Assembly: GCA_965220085.1 (NCBI GenBank)
Contig: CBDCOZ010000003.1
Coordinates: 1,024,001-1,088,000, forward strand
Direction of reading: 5' to 3'
Origin: Candidatus Oxydemutatoraceae bacterium
GTDB lineage: Bacteria; Pseudomonadota; Gammaproteobacteria; Poriferisulfidales; Oxydemutatoraceae
DNA: 64,000 nt
Below are positions 1-10,297 of the stretch, piece after piece. The first letter of the stretch is position 1, and each line of letters starts with the position of its first letter. Under the pieces are notes generated by a model. That model was given only the letters and a program-made list of their open reading frames with translations. It did no database searches and was not told the origin of the DNA. The translations under genes were made by a program, and so were the position numbers.

Positions 1-182
1 CGGCCATCGTTCGCTTGGTTTTGTTTGTAAGGTCGTATTCTACATCATCTTGTTTGACAGCGCTCCGAAAGCGCTTTTGGCGTTGTATCCGCCGCCGTCG
101 GGTGTTTCCTATCGCGCGGTTTTGATATAGAATATATGGCTAATCCGCACACCAGTAACATGATGAGTACCCGATAAATCCA

Positions 183-1334
183 ATGGCCAAACTATTCACC
201 TCGGAATCGGTGTCCGAAGGACATCCGGATAAAATTTGCGATCAAATATCAGACGCCATTTTAGATGCCGCGCTGCGGCGTCATGAGCGCAGTCGCGTCG
301 CTTGCGAAGCCTTGGTCAAAGATGATCTGGTCGTCATTGCCGGTGAGATCACGATTCCGGGGCAGGATGCCGATCGGGTCATTGATTACGATGCGATCGT
401 GCTCGATGTGATTCGCGGCTGCGGTTACAACGACGAGTTCTATGGTTTTGATATCGATAAGTGTCGCATTGAAAAACACATTAGCGCGCAATCCGGCGAT
501 ATCGGCGGCGGTGTTGATCGGGAAGGGGCGGGCGATCAAGGCATGATGTTCGGCTACGCCACCGATGAGACCGATACGCTGATGCCGGCCCCGATACACT
601 ATGCGCACCGACTGGTTAAGCGGCATGCGGAGTTGCGGCGCAGCGGCGGTTTTGAATGGTTGGGGCCGGACGCGAAAGGGCAGTTGACGTTTGAATATGA
701 CGATGACAACCGCCCGCGCAAAGTCCGCGCGGTCGTTTTTTCAACCCAACACAGCGCGGGCAAAGAGCGGGAGGAAATCGCTTCCGTTGTCCGCCATGAA
801 ATCGCAGAGGCGGTATTGCCAAAAGAATTGCTGGACGACGACACCCCGTTTCATATAAATCCGACAGGCAGTTTTGTCGCCGGCGGCCCGGCGGCGGATT
901 GCGGCTTAACCGGGCGCAAAATTATCGTCGATACCTACGGCGGAATGGCGCGTCACGGCGGCGGCGCTTTTTCCGGCAAGGACCCGTCCAAGGTCGATCG
1001 CTCGGCGGCGTATGCGGCGCGCCATGTCGCCAAGAATGTCGTTGCGGCGGGTTTGGCAAGGCGCTGTGAGGTGCAGGTATCGTATGCCATCGGGGTGGCC
1101 GAACCGACCTCTGTCAGCGTCGATACTTTCGGTACCGGCGCGTTGCCCGATCGCGAGATCGATAAGCTGATTAGGCAGAATTTTGACTTGACGCCAAAGA
1201 GGATTATCGAAGGCTTGCGCCTGTTGCGACCCGTGTATCGCCAGACCGCCGCCTACGGTCATTTCGGCAGGGAAGGAGAAGACTTTACATGGGAGCATTA
1301 CGATAAGGCTGACGGACTTAAAAACGCAACATGA
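183..1334 (+). CDS. metK: S-adenosylmethionine synthetase
   Basis: [40 protein letters not shown] and [16 protein letters not shown] signatures. Confidence 0.98.
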   Translation: MAKLFTSESVSEGHPDKICDQISDAILDAALRRHERSRVACEALVKDDLVVIAGEITIPGQDADRVIDYDAIVLDVIRGCGYNDEFYGFDIDKCRIEKHISAQSGDIGGGVDREGAGDQGMMFGYATDETDTLMPAPIHYAHRLVKRHAELRRSGGFEWLGPDAKGQLTFEYDDDNRPRKVRAVVFSTQHSAGKEREEIASVVRHEIAEAVLPKELLDDDTPFHINPTGSFVAGGPAADCGLTGRKIIVDTYGGMARHGGGAFSGKDPSKVDRSAAYAARHVAKNVVAAGLARRCEVQVSYAIGVAEPTSVSVDTFGTGALPDREIDKLIRQNFDLTPKRIIEGLRLLRPVYRQTAAYGHFGREGEDFTWEHYDKADGLKNAT

Positions 1335-1377
1335 AGCCGTCGCGAATTGCATACTATAAATAAGAGAGGTTATATAA

Positions 1378-2688
1378 ATGAGCGCCCCAATGCACAAAAT
1401 AGAATCGGACTATAAAGTCAAAGACATATCTCAGGCCGAGTGGGGCCGGCGGGAAATCGCTATTGCCGAAACAGAAATGCCGGGTTTGATGGCATTGCGC
1501 GAAAAGCACGCCGCCGAACAGCCGCTGCAAGGCGCTTGTATCGCGGGTTGTTTGCACATGACTATCCAGACAGCGGTGCTGATTGAGACCTTGCTTGCGC
1601 TCGGGGCCCGAGTAAGGTGGTCGTCGTGCAACATTTTTTCAACTCAGGATCACGCGGCGGCCGCCATGGCGACGGTCGGTGTGCCGGTGTTTGCATGGAA
1701 AGGCGAGAGCGAGTCGGACTACGACTGGTGCATCGAACAAACCATCATCGGGCCGGATTCGTGGACACCGAACCTATTGCTGGATGACGGCGGCGACTTG
1801 ACCAAAATGGTTCATAACCGCTTCCCGCAACTGTTTGAACACATACGCGGCCTGTCCGAGGAGACGACCACCGGCGTTAAGCGTCTCTATGAGATGATGG
1901 AGCGGGGAGAGCTCAAAACCGTCGCAATCAATGTTAACGACTCTGTCACCAAGTCCAAGTTTGACAACATATACGGTTGCCGCGAATCGCTGCTCGATGG
2001 CATCAAGCGGGCGACGGATACGATGATCGCGGGGAAAATCGCGGTGGTCTGCGGCTATGGCGATGTCGGCAAAGGGTGCGCGCAATCGCTTCGCGCACAA
2101 GGTTGCACGGTATTCATTACCGAGGTGGATCCTATCTGCGCCCTGCAAGCGTGTATGGAAGGTTACCGCGTTGTCACGGTTGAAGACATGGCGGAGCAGG
2201 CGGATATCTTTGTGACCGCAACCGGAAATTGCAATGTGATTACCCGCGACCATATGGCGAAGATGAAAAATCAGGCCATCGTTTGCAATATCGGGCACTT
2301 TGATAATGAGATCGATGTGGGCAGCTTGAGCGGCTGCGGCTGGGAAGAGATCAAGCCGCAAGCAGACCACGTCATCTTTCCCGACGGCAAGCGTATCATC
2401 TTGTTAGCCAAAGGGCGCTTGGTCAATTTGGGTTGCGCCACCGGTCATCCGAGTTTTGTCATGTCCAACTCGTTTACAAACCAGGTGTTGGCACAAATTG
2501 AACTGTGGCAAAATTCCGACCGCTATGGGATAGGCGTACATATTCTGGACAAGCGGTTGGACGAGGAAGTGGCGCGTTTGCACTTGGGCAAGATCGGCGC
2601 CCGCTTGACCAGACTGACACCCGAGCAGTCGGAGTATACCGGCACGCCGCAAGACGGGCCGTACAAGTCCTCCCATTACCGCTATTAA
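1378..2688 (+). CDS. ahcY: Adenosylhomocysteinase
   Basis: [47 protein letters not shown] motifs; C-terminal YRY. Confidence 0.98.
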   Translation: MSAPMHKIESDYKVKDISQAEWGRREIAIAETEMPGLMALREKHAAEQPLQGACIAGCLHMTIQTAVLIETLLALGARVRWSSCNIFSTQDHAAAAMATVGVPVFAWKGESESDYDWCIEQTIIGPDSWTPNLLLDDGGDLTKMVHNRFPQLFEHIRGLSEETTTGVKRLYEMMERGELKTVAINVNDSVTKSKFDNIYGCRESLLDGIKRATDTMIAGKIAVVCGYGDVGKGCAQSLRAQGCTVFITEVDPICALQACMEGYRVVTVEDMAEQADIFVTATGNCNVITRDHMAKMKNQAIVCNIGHFDNEIDVGSLSGCGWEEIKPQADHVIFPDGKRIILLAKGRLVNLGCATGHPSFVMSNSFTNQVLAQIELWQNSDRYGIGVHILDKRLDEEVARLHLGKIGARLTRLTPEQSEYTGTPQDGPYKSSHYRY

Positions 2689-2716
2689 GCGATAGCGCTC
2701 TTGCGACCGGAGCGCC

Positions 2717-3442
2717 GTGAGCAGAACGAACCGGGCATATTGCGAGCAAACTCTGCGCGTCGGCCGCGAGTTTGCGCTAAGCGGAGACGCCCATCACTAT
2801 TTGAGTCGCGTGCTCCGGCTGCGCGGCAAGGACGAGGTGTATTTCTTCAATCACGAAGGACGCGAATTTCTTTGCAAACTGATTGCGGCCGATCGCAAAA
2901 GCAGCGTATTCGCGTGCGAGCGCGAGGTCGATACGCTGGCGGAGGCCGCAATCGCAACCCGGCTCTATCTTGCCGTCTCAAAAAACGAGAGCATGGACTT
3001 TTCATTGCAAAAAGCGACCGAACTGGGCGTGAGCGCGGTACAGCCGTTATTGACCGCGCACAGCAGCCGCGCCGGCGATCGCCTCGGCCATTGGCGCGCG
3101 GTGGCGCGCAGCGCTTGTGAGCAGTGCGGTCGGGCAAAGTTACCCGAGATAAGAGAGCCGATTGCGATTGAGCGGATGGAGAAGGTTCCCGATCGCGTCG
3201 CCGCTTTTGTTTTGGATTTGCAATCCGACGGTGTTCTGGATGCGCAGTCGGAACATTCGCCGATGCCCGATGAAGTGCGTATTGCGGTCGGGCCCGAAGG
3301 CGATTGGCGGGATGACGAGGCGGCGATGCTGAACGAACTCGGTTTCAAATCGGTCTGTCTCGGCGCGCGTGTTTTGCGCTGCGATACGGCGGTTGTCGTT
3401 GCCTTGGGCATCGCGCAACACCAACTCGGCGCGCTGAAATAG
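2717..3442 (+). CDS. rsmE: 16S rRNA m3U1498 methyltransferase
   Basis: HYLSRVLRL, QKATELGV, ACEQCGR, VGPEG and LGARVLRCDTA SPOUT motifs; GTG start. Confidence 0.93.
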   Translation: MSRTNRAYCEQTLRVGREFALSGDAHHYLSRVLRLRGKDEVYFFNHEGREFLCKLIAADRKSSVFACEREVDTLAEAAIATRLYLAVSKNESMDFSLQKATELGVSAVQPLLTAHSSRAGDRLGHWRAVARSACEQCGRAKLPEIREPIAIERMEKVPDRVAAFVLDLQSDGVLDAQSEHSPMPDEVRIAVGPEGDWRDDEAAMLNELGFKSVCLGARVLRCDTAVVVALGIAQHQLGALK

Positions 3443-3704
3443 GGGGTGATATCTGACTCCGCCCGCCCGACAGCGGAGGTCGTTGCAAGTTGCGACTACG
3501 ACGGCACAGTCTGCAACAGCCCGTATCGCCGCGCGTGTTTTACGCTGCGATACGGCGGTTGTCGTTGCCTTGGGCATCGCGCAACACCAACTCGGCGCGC
3601 TGAAATAGGGGATGATATTTGACTCCGCTCGCCCGACAACGGAAGCCGTTGCCAGCCGCGACCGCGACGGCACAGTCTCAAACAGCTTGTCTCGCCGCGC
3701 GTGT
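3365..3704. repeat. Tandem duplication (2 x 166 bp) of the last 26 rsmE codons plus 88 bp of downstream DNA
   Basis: GCGCGTGT at 3365, 3531 and 3697; coding half differs at 1 site, non-coding half at about 16 sites. Confidence 0.95.
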
Positions 3705-3707
3705 CAC

Positions 3708-4940
3708 TCAATAGTTCTCGCTGACATATTTTTCCAGCAAGTCCTTAAAATCTTGCGCCAGCGTATCGCCCGACAAGGTGAGCGTATGTTTTCCATCGAC
3801 ATAGACCGGAGCGACAGGCTTCTCGCTGGTTCCCGGCAGGCTGATACCGATGTTTGCGTGGCGACTCTCTCCCGGGCCGTTGACGACGCATCCCATCACC
3901 GCCACTTTTATATCTTCGACTCCCCGATGATCTTTCTTCCATGCCGGCATTCGTTGACGAATGTAATCGCGCACTTCGGCGGTTAACACGCGGAAATAGT
4001 CGCTGTCGGTGCGACCGCATCCGGGGCAGGCGGTTATCGACGGCGCGAAAGATCGCAGGCCGAGGCTCTGCAAAATTTCTTGCGCAATGAACACCTCCTG
4101 CGTCCTGTCTTGCCCCGGTTCCGGCGTCAGGGATACGCGGATGGTATCGCCTATGCCTTCGTTGAGCAGGATGGCGATTGCGGCGCTCGATGCGACGGTT
4201 CCTTTGAGCCCCATGCCCGCTTCGGTCAGACCGAGGTGCAGCGGGTAATCGCATAAGCGCGCCAGTTTGCGATAGACCCGAATTAATTCTTGCACATCGC
4301 TGAGTTTGCACGATATGACAATCTGATCGTGTGCCAGACCGAGCTCTTCCGCCCGTTGCGCACTGCCGAGGGACGACTCGATCAGCGTTTCCCGGACAAT
4401 CGCCTCCAGCGAACGCGGTTGCTTCTGTTTTGCATTGCTGTCTAATCGCTTCTGTAGCAAGTCCTGATCCAAGCTGCCCCAATTGACGCCGATACGCACC
4501 GGCTTATTGAAACGGCATGCAATTTCAATCAGTTGGGCAAACTGTATGTCGTGTTTTGCCTTGCGCCCGACATTGCCGGGATTGATGCGCAGTTTGGAAA
4601 GCGCCTCGGCACACGCGGGGTTGTTGGCCAACAGCTTGTGTCCGTTGTAATGAAAGTCGCCGACTATCGGAACGGCAATGCCTCGCTGTGCGAGTTGCTC
4701 CGCAATATGCGGGACAGCCCGCGCGGCTTTCTCATTATTGACCGTCAGGCGCACTATTTCGGAACCGGCTTCGGCGAGAGCGGCGGTTTGCGCGACGGTC
4801 GCGCCGATATCCGCGGTATCCGTGCTGGTCATGGACTGCACCGCGACGGGCGTACCGCCGCCGATCGTCAGGCGCCCGATTTTTACCGCGACCGCATGGC
4901 GGCGGATTGGCAGGGATATTTCCGGTGGCATATTGGACAT
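3708..4940 (-). CDS. ispG: HMBPP synthase (GcpE)
   Basis: [56 protein letters not shown]. Confidence 0.97.
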   Translation of the reverse strand: MSNMPPEISLPIRRHAVAVKIGRLTIGGGTPVAVQSMTSTDTADIGATVAQTAALAEAGSEIVRLTVNNEKAARAVPHIAEQLAQRGIAVPIVGDFHYNGHKLLANNPACAEALSKLRINPGNVGRKAKHDIQFAQLIEIACRFNKPVRIGVNWGSLDQDLLQKRLDSNAKQKQPRSLEAIVRETLIESSLGSAQRAEELGLAHDQIVISCKLSDVQELIRVYRKLARLCDYPLHLGLTEAGMGLKGTVASSAAIAILLNEGIGDTIRVSLTPEPGQDRTQEVFIAQEILQSLGLRSFAPSITACPGCGRTDSDYFRVLTAEVRDYIRQRMPAWKKDHRGVEDIKVAVMGCVVNGPGESRHANIGISLPGTSEKPVAPVYVDGKHTLTLSGDTLAQDFKDLLEKYVSENY

Positions 4941-4987
4941 AGCACTGATGACATTATAATACGAAGGGTATATCCGTTACGCATTGT

Positions 4988-5395
4988 TTGATGATAATAA
5001 CTACGATTACCCGCCGCACAACCGGCAGGGGGCCACACGAATTAACGCAACAAGTCCGAGACTTGATCCCGCCGGATAGCCAAGGGATTTGCCACCTGTT
5101 TATCCGCCATACCAGCGCTTCGTTAATCATCACCGAGAATGCCGACCCCGATGTGCATAAAGACTTGGAGCGTTTTATGTCTGATCTGGCGCCGGACGGG
5201 GATTCCCGCTTTTGCCATGTCGCAGAAGGCGCCGACGACATGTCGGCGCATATCAGGTCGGTTTTGACGCAAACTTCCTTGGCCATTCCGGTCGCAGGCG
5301 GGCGGTTGCAACTCGGCGTGTGGCAGGGAATCTATTTGTGGGAACATCGGACTTCCCCGCGCGAACGAAAGGTTGTGTTCGGCCTTCTCACATAA
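4988..5395 (+). CDS. yjbQ: YjbQ/UPF0047 family protein
   Basis: HTSASLIITENADPDV, DDMSAHIRS, LGVWQGIYLWEHR; exact start uncertain. Confidence 0.9.
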   Translation: MMIITTITRRTTGRGPHELTQQVRDLIPPDSQGICHLFIRHTSASLIITENADPDVHKDLERFMSDLAPDGDSRFCHVAEGADDMSAHIRSVLTQTSLAIPVAGGRLQLGVWQGIYLWEHRTSPRERKVVFGLLT

Positions 5396-5414
5396 GCCGC
5401 CATACATCGCAAAT

Positions 5415-6497
5415 ATGTCCGACCGAAGAGCACATGTAGATTTCCATGACGTCAGCAAACGCTATGGCAATTCGTGTGTGGTGGACAATCTCTCGTTGCG
5501 CGTCTACGACAGCGAATTCCTGACGATATTGGGGCCGTCCGGATCGGGCAAAACCACATGCCTGATGATGCTGGCCGGTTTTGAGAATGTGAGCTCCGGA
5601 TCCATCGCAATCCATGGCCGACGGGCGAATGATATTCCGCCGCACAAACGGAATATCGGCTTTGTCTTTCAGCACTACGCGCTTTTCCCGCATATGACGG
5701 TGGCGGACAACTTGGCTTTCCCGCTACAGGTGCGCAAGACCGCCCGCGCGACGATAAAAGAGCGTGTCGCCGAGACCTTGGAGATGGTCAAGCTCGGGGA
5801 TTTTGCCAAGCGTTTTCCGGCGCAACTCTCGGGCGGGCAACAACAACGGGTCGCGCTTGCCCGCGCCTTGATATTCCGCCCCGATCTGGTTTTGATGGAT
5901 GAGCCGCTCGGCGCGTTGGATAAGCGGCTCAGAGAGCGGATGCAGTATGAGATGAAGCGCTTGCACGAAGAGCTTCGCTTCACCGCGCTTTATGTCACGC
6001 ACGATCAAAACGAAGCGCTGGTTATGTCGGATCGAATCGCGGTATTTAACGAAGGCAAGATACAACAGATCGATGAGCCGGATGTGCTGTACGAATCCCC
6101 CGCCAACGCTTTTTCCGCCGCTTTCATCGGCGAGAATAATATGCTGAACGGCAGGTTGCTGCGGACATCCGGCGACACATGCGCGGTTGAGTTAGACAAC
6201 GATAATCGCCTGCAAGGCACCCCGGTTAATTTGCCGCCGGGGGCTTCGCAGGTAGCGGCGGCTATCCGGCCCGAGCGGATACTGATAAATCCCGACGATG
6301 GCTGCCGTAATATCTTGTCGGCAAAGGTGCGCCAGTCGGTTTATTTCGGGGACTATATGCGCGTAGTCGTCGCTCTGTCGCAGGAACAGGAACTGGCGAT
6401 TAAGCTTCCCAATGACAGAAGCAAGGGCAATCCGGCAATCGGGCAACGGGTTAAAATAGGCTGGCACCCGGGAGACTGCCGCGTGTTTGCAATCTGA
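5415..6497 (+). CDS. Polyamine-type ABC transporter ATP-binding subunit (PotA-like)
   Basis: Walker [33 protein letters not shown]-terminal TOBE-like region; ATG at 5415 chosen to avoid overlap with yjbQ. Confidence 0.92.
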   Translation: MSDRRAHVDFHDVSKRYGNSCVVDNLSLRVYDSEFLTILGPSGSGKTTCLMMLAGFENVSSGSIAIHGRRANDIPPHKRNIGFVFQHYALFPHMTVADNLAFPLQVRKTARATIKERVAETLEMVKLGDFAKRFPAQLSGGQQQRVALARALIFRPDLVLMDEPLGALDKRLRERMQYEMKRLHEELRFTALYVTHDQNEALVMSDRIAVFNEGKIQQIDEPDVLYESPANAFSAAFIGENNMLNGRLLRTSGDTCAVELDNDNRLQGTPVNLPPGASQVAAAIRPERILINPDDGCRNILSAKVRQSVYFGDYMRVVVALSQEQELAIKLPNDRSKGNPAIGQRVKIGWHPGDCRVFAI

Positions 6498-6527
6498 ATG
6501 TATCATTTAATAATCTGAGTCAAGCCA

Positions 6528-7625
6528 ATGCGCCATAACAACCTCTTTCGCGAAACATCTTTTGTTTCTATGTTCTTAAGCTTATTGCTTTGCGGCGCTC
6601 TTGCCGGAGCCGGCGAAGCGCTGACTGTCACATCGTGGGGCGGCGCGTATTCGCATAGCCAGATCAAGGCTTACCACGAACCGTTCACCGCCAAAACCGG
6701 CATCCGCATCAACGCCGAGGATTACAACGGCGGCCTGGCGGAAGTGCGGGTGCAAGCGCAGTCCGGCAATGTCACCTGGGATGTGGTCGATATGTCTCTG
6801 TCTTCGGTCATCCGCGGGTGCGAAGAAGGGTTGCTCCACGAGTTGGATCTCGCCGCCTTCCCGCCGGCGCCCGACGGCGCGCCGGCCGAGGAAGACTTTT
6901 TGCCCGAGACCCTGGTGTCGGAGTGCGGCGCGCCGCTGATTATCTGGTCGACTATTTTTGCTTATGACAAGAGCAAATTCCCGCAGCGCAAACCGCAGCA
7001 TCTGGAAGATTTCTTTGACTTGGAAAAATTTCCGGGGCGCAGGGCATTGCGCAAGTCGCCGCGCTCCACCCTTGAGTTTGCATTGATGGCAAGCGGCGTC
7101 GCCGCGGCGGACGCATACGCCGTGCTATCGACCCCGCAGGGGCTCAAACGCGCGTTTGCAAAGCTCGACACGATCAAAGAGCATACGGTGTGGTGGGAGG
7201 CCGGCGCGCAGCCGCCGTTATTGTTGTCCGACGGCGAAGTGGCGATGGCGACGGCCTATAACGGCCGCATTTTCAACGCCTACAACAAAGAGAAAAAGCC
7301 GTTTGAAATTGTCTGGGACAGACAAATCTGGTATCGCAACTACTATGCCATCGTCAAAGGCACGCCGCGCTATAAACAGGCTCTGGAATACGTAAAATTT
7401 GCATCAGCCGCCAAACAACTGGCCAATCAGGCGCGGCATATCTCCTATGGGCCGGCGCGGCAATCGTCTATGGCGATGATTGCGACGCATGCCGAAACAG
7501 GAATTGATATGCGACCGCACATGCCGACCGAACACTTTGAAAACGTGTTGGAGAACGATTTTGAATGGTGGGCGGATTACGAAGACGAGATGACCGACCG
7601 CTTTAACACCTGGCTCGCCAAATAG
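6528..7625 (+). CDS. ABC transporter periplasmic substrate-binding protein (PotD/PotF-like)
   Basis: Signal peptide, TSWGGAY, WDVVD, FFDLEKFPGRRAL, YNGR motifs; operon context. Confidence 0.88.
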   Translation: MRHNNLFRETSFVSMFLSLLLCGALAGAGEALTVTSWGGAYSHSQIKAYHEPFTAKTGIRINAEDYNGGLAEVRVQAQSGNVTWDVVDMSLSSVIRGCEEGLLHELDLAAFPPAPDGAPAEEDFLPETLVSECGAPLIIWSTIFAYDKSKFPQRKPQHLEDFFDLEKFPGRRALRKSPRSTLEFALMASGVAAADAYAVLSTPQGLKRAFAKLDTIKEHTVWWEAGAQPPLLLSDGEVAMATAYNGRIFNAYNKEKKPFEIVWDRQIWYRNYYAIVKGTPRYKQALEYVKFASAAKQLANQARHISYGPARQSSMAMIATHAETGIDMRPHMPTEHFENVLENDFEWWADYEDEMTDRFNTWLAK

Positions 7626-7674
7626 GCCCCGCCGCTTGTGACGACGGGAACGATCGGGGCGGCGGCAAAAATCG

Positions 7675-8889
7675 GTGAAGCTGGCTAAATTCATAACAGA
7701 AACCTCAAGCATCCATCACCGGGGCATGGCTGTCGTACTGGTCCTGCCGCTGCTGTTATTCCTCGTATTCACTTATATCGTGCCTTTGGCCGATATTCTG
7801 TTCTATAGCGTAGACAACACGCCGCTGGCAAAACACATGCCGCGCGCCGCCGCCGCTCTGTCCGAGTGGGACGGTCTGGCGCTGCCCGATGATGACATGT
7901 TCAATACTGTCGGCGAAGACTTGGCGCGCGCTTACCGCAACCATTCAATCGGGCAAGTCGCAAACCACATCAACCATAAGCTGAGCGGCATGCGGAGCTT
8001 TTTGATCCGCACGGCGCGTCGTCTGGCAAAGTCGGAAGACACGCCTCATCGCTCCGCAATGATAGCGATCGACGAGCGCTGGGGCAAGCGCGAAACATGG
8101 GCGGCGTTGAAAGACGCCGCGCCGCGGCTGACCGCCGACAACTATTTGACAGCGCTTGATTTGCGCGCCGCCGACGGTGAGATCGTCCGGCAACCGGAAG
8201 ACAAAAGGATTTACCTGAAGATATTCTGGCGCACCTTGTGGGTCAGTTTTGTCGTCACATTAATCTGCCTCTTGCTGGGCTTTCCGGTCGCATATCTGAT
8301 GGCAAGCCTGCCGTTGCGCATCAGCAATTGGCTCATGATTATGGTCCTGTTGCCTTTTTGGACTTCGCTTTTGGTGCGGGCGGTGAGTTGGATCGTATTG
8401 CTGCAATCCAGCGGCGTACTCAACAGCATACTGGTATGGAGCGGTCTGATAGACGACAGCGAGCGGGTGCGGCTCATATTCAACCTCACAGGCACCGTGA
8501 TCGTGATGTCGTACGTCTTGTTGCCGTTTATGGTCTTGCCGCTATACAGCGTGATGAAGACGATTCCAAAGACAGTCGCGCGGGTCGCTATCTCGCTGGG
8601 CGCGCATCCGGTCACAGCGTTTTATCGCGCCTATTTGCCGCAGGCGGCGCCGGGCATCGCCGCCGGCAGTCTGCTGGTATTTATGCTGGCGGCGGGTTAC
8701 TACATCACGCCGGCGCTGGTCGGCGGTCAGAGCGGGCAGTTGATCAGCAACTTCATCGTCTATCACATCAAGACTTCGTTGAATTGGGGGCTCGCCGCCG
8801 CAATCGGAATCATCCTGCTTCTGGTCGTGCTGCTCGCATACAGAATCTACAATAAAGTTGCGGGTGTCGGCAAAGTGAAAATGATATGA
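7675..8889 (+). CDS. ABC transporter permease (PotB-like)
   Basis: Multiple TM segments, LLPFWTSLLVR, SLGA loop, GYYITPALVGG. Confidence 0.9.
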   Translation: MKLAKFITETSSIHHRGMAVVLVLPLLLFLVFTYIVPLADILFYSVDNTPLAKHMPRAAAALSEWDGLALPDDDMFNTVGEDLARAYRNHSIGQVANHINHKLSGMRSFLIRTARRLAKSEDTPHRSAMIAIDERWGKRETWAALKDAAPRLTADNYLTALDLRAADGEIVRQPEDKRIYLKIFWRTLWVSFVVTLICLLLGFPVAYLMASLPLRISNWLMIMVLLPFWTSLLVRAVSWIVLLQSSGVLNSILVWSGLIDDSERVRLIFNLTGTVIVMSYVLLPFMVLPLYSVMKTIPKTVARVAISLGAHPVTAFYRAYLPQAAPGIAAGSLLVFMLAAGYYITPALVGGQSGQLISNFIVYHIKTSLNWGLAAAIGIILLLVVLLAYRIYNKVAGVGKVKMI

Positions 8890-9722
8890 GCGGCAAGGCC
8901 TGCAAGTTTGGCGCATCACTGGGACGGGGAATGTACCTGACATTTTGCGGTTTGGTTTTTGCTTTTCTGGTTCTGCCGCTGGCGGTTATCATCCCGCTTT
9001 CGTTCAATGCCGAACCATACTTCACGTTTACCCGCGAGATGCTGTCGCTTGAACCCGAAGCCTTCTCGTTGCGTTGGTATCGCGATATCGGCGTCAACCC
9101 GCAGTGGGGTTTGGCTTTTAAGAACAGCTTTATCATCGCGATAGCCGCCACCGTCTTATCCGTCGTCTTGGGAACGTGCGCCGCGCTGGGCCTGAACAAC
9201 CGCCATTTCCCGGCCCGGGCTTTCGTCATGAGCCTGCTTATCTCTCCCATCGTTGTCCCGATTATCATCTCCGCGGTCGGCATGTTCTTTTTTTACTCAT
9301 CGATTAACCTGTCCCAAACACTGACCGGGATCGTACTGGCGCACACCGTACTGGGTTCGCCGTTTGTCGTGATTACCGTGACAGCATCCTTGTCCCGTCT
9401 CAGCGAATCTCTGCCGTGTGCCGCTATGAGTTTGGGCGCTTCGCCGCCGCAGGCATTTTTCAAAGTCACTCTGCCGCAGATCACGCCGGGTATTTTTGCC
9501 GGAGGGTTATTCGCCTTTGCCACATCGTTTGACGAAGTGGTCGCGGTGTTGTTTTTGGCCGGCTTTGAACAACGCACGGTGCCGCGTCAGATGTGGGCCG
9601 GACTCAACGAGCAGATCAGCCCGACGATACTGGCGGTCGCGGTGTTATTGATCAGTGTTTCTATATTACTGATTATCGTAGCGGAGTTCCTGCGTCGGCG
9701 GGCACGGACAAGCGGCGACTAA
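8886..9722 (+). CDS. ABC transporter permease (PotC-like)
   Basis: FSLRWY, AAMSLGA, FATSFDEVV; ATGA overlap with the previous gene. Confidence 0.9.
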   Translation: MSGKACKFGASLGRGMYLTFCGLVFAFLVLPLAVIIPLSFNAEPYFTFTREMLSLEPEAFSLRWYRDIGVNPQWGLAFKNSFIIAIAATVLSVVLGTCAALGLNNRHFPARAFVMSLLISPIVVPIIISAVGMFFFYSSINLSQTLTGIVLAHTVLGSPFVVITVTASLSRLSESLPCAAMSLGASPPQAFFKVTLPQITPGIFAGGLFAFATSFDEVVAVLFLAGFEQRTVPRQMWAGLNEQISPTILAVAVLLISVSILLIIVAEFLRRRARTSGD

Positions 9723-9735
9723 AGCGGCGAAACCG

Positions 9736-9809
9736 CGCTCCCGACAGGAGTCGAACCTGTGACATCCTTCTTAGGAGGAAGGCGCTCTATCCGGCTGAGC
9801 TACGGGAGC
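9736..9809 (-). tRNA. tRNA-Arg (anticodon CCT), CCA not encoded
   Basis: Reverse complement GCTCCCG-TAGCTCAGCCGGATAGAGC-G-CCTTC-CTCCTAA-GAAGG-ATGTC-ACAGG-TTCGACT-CCTGT-CGGGAGC-G folds as a cloverleaf. Confidence 0.95.
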
Positions 9810-9856
9810 CATGCGGTTATTCCGTAATGATACCCGATTGCGGAAAATAAGGGCGA

Positions 9857-10231
9857 TCACCCCTGCTTTTCCCACCCGGCTTTTTTGTGCTCAATACGGG
9901 CGCTGGTTTGGATTCCGCCGCGGCGATTGAAATGCGCTTGCAAACACATATACCGCGGCGCGATCGCAGCGCACAGATGATCCAATATTTCATTGCTGAC
10001 CGCTTCGTGAAAAGCGCCGCGGTCTCTGAAAGTCCATATATAGTTTTTGAGGCTCTTGAGTTCTATGCACAACTTATCCGGAATATACTCTATTTTTATG
10101 CGGGCAAAATCCGGCTGCCCGGTCAGGGGGCAGAGACAGGTAAACTCAGGGATATCAATATAGATGGTATAATCTCTGCTATCCCTAGGGTTGTCAAAAG
10201 TCTCAATATTTTTATCCGGTCTGTTAGTCAT
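9857..10231 (-). CDS. queF: NADPH-dependent 7-cyano-7-deazaguanine reductase (short type)
   Basis: [29 protein letters not shown] motifs. Confidence 0.95.
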   Translation of the reverse strand: MTNRPDKNIETFDNPRDSRDYTIYIDIPEFTCLCPLTGQPDFARIKIEYIPDKLCIELKSLKNYIWTFRDRGAFHEAVSNEILDHLCAAIAPRYMCLQAHFNRRGGIQTSARIEHKKAGWEKQG

Positions 10232-10297
10232 TTGGGCAATTCAATAATTGTAAAAATTCTTTGAGGCGATAGATTGTAACCCGATTCAAGCAATAAT

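Noticed and set aside
1-182. SAM riboswitch upstream of metK
   Set aside because: Only a vague TCGCGC...GCTAA resemblance to SAM-II; I could not build the pairing
9736-9856. Integrative element at tRNA-Arg
   Set aside because: No integrase and no duplicated tRNA 3' end seen
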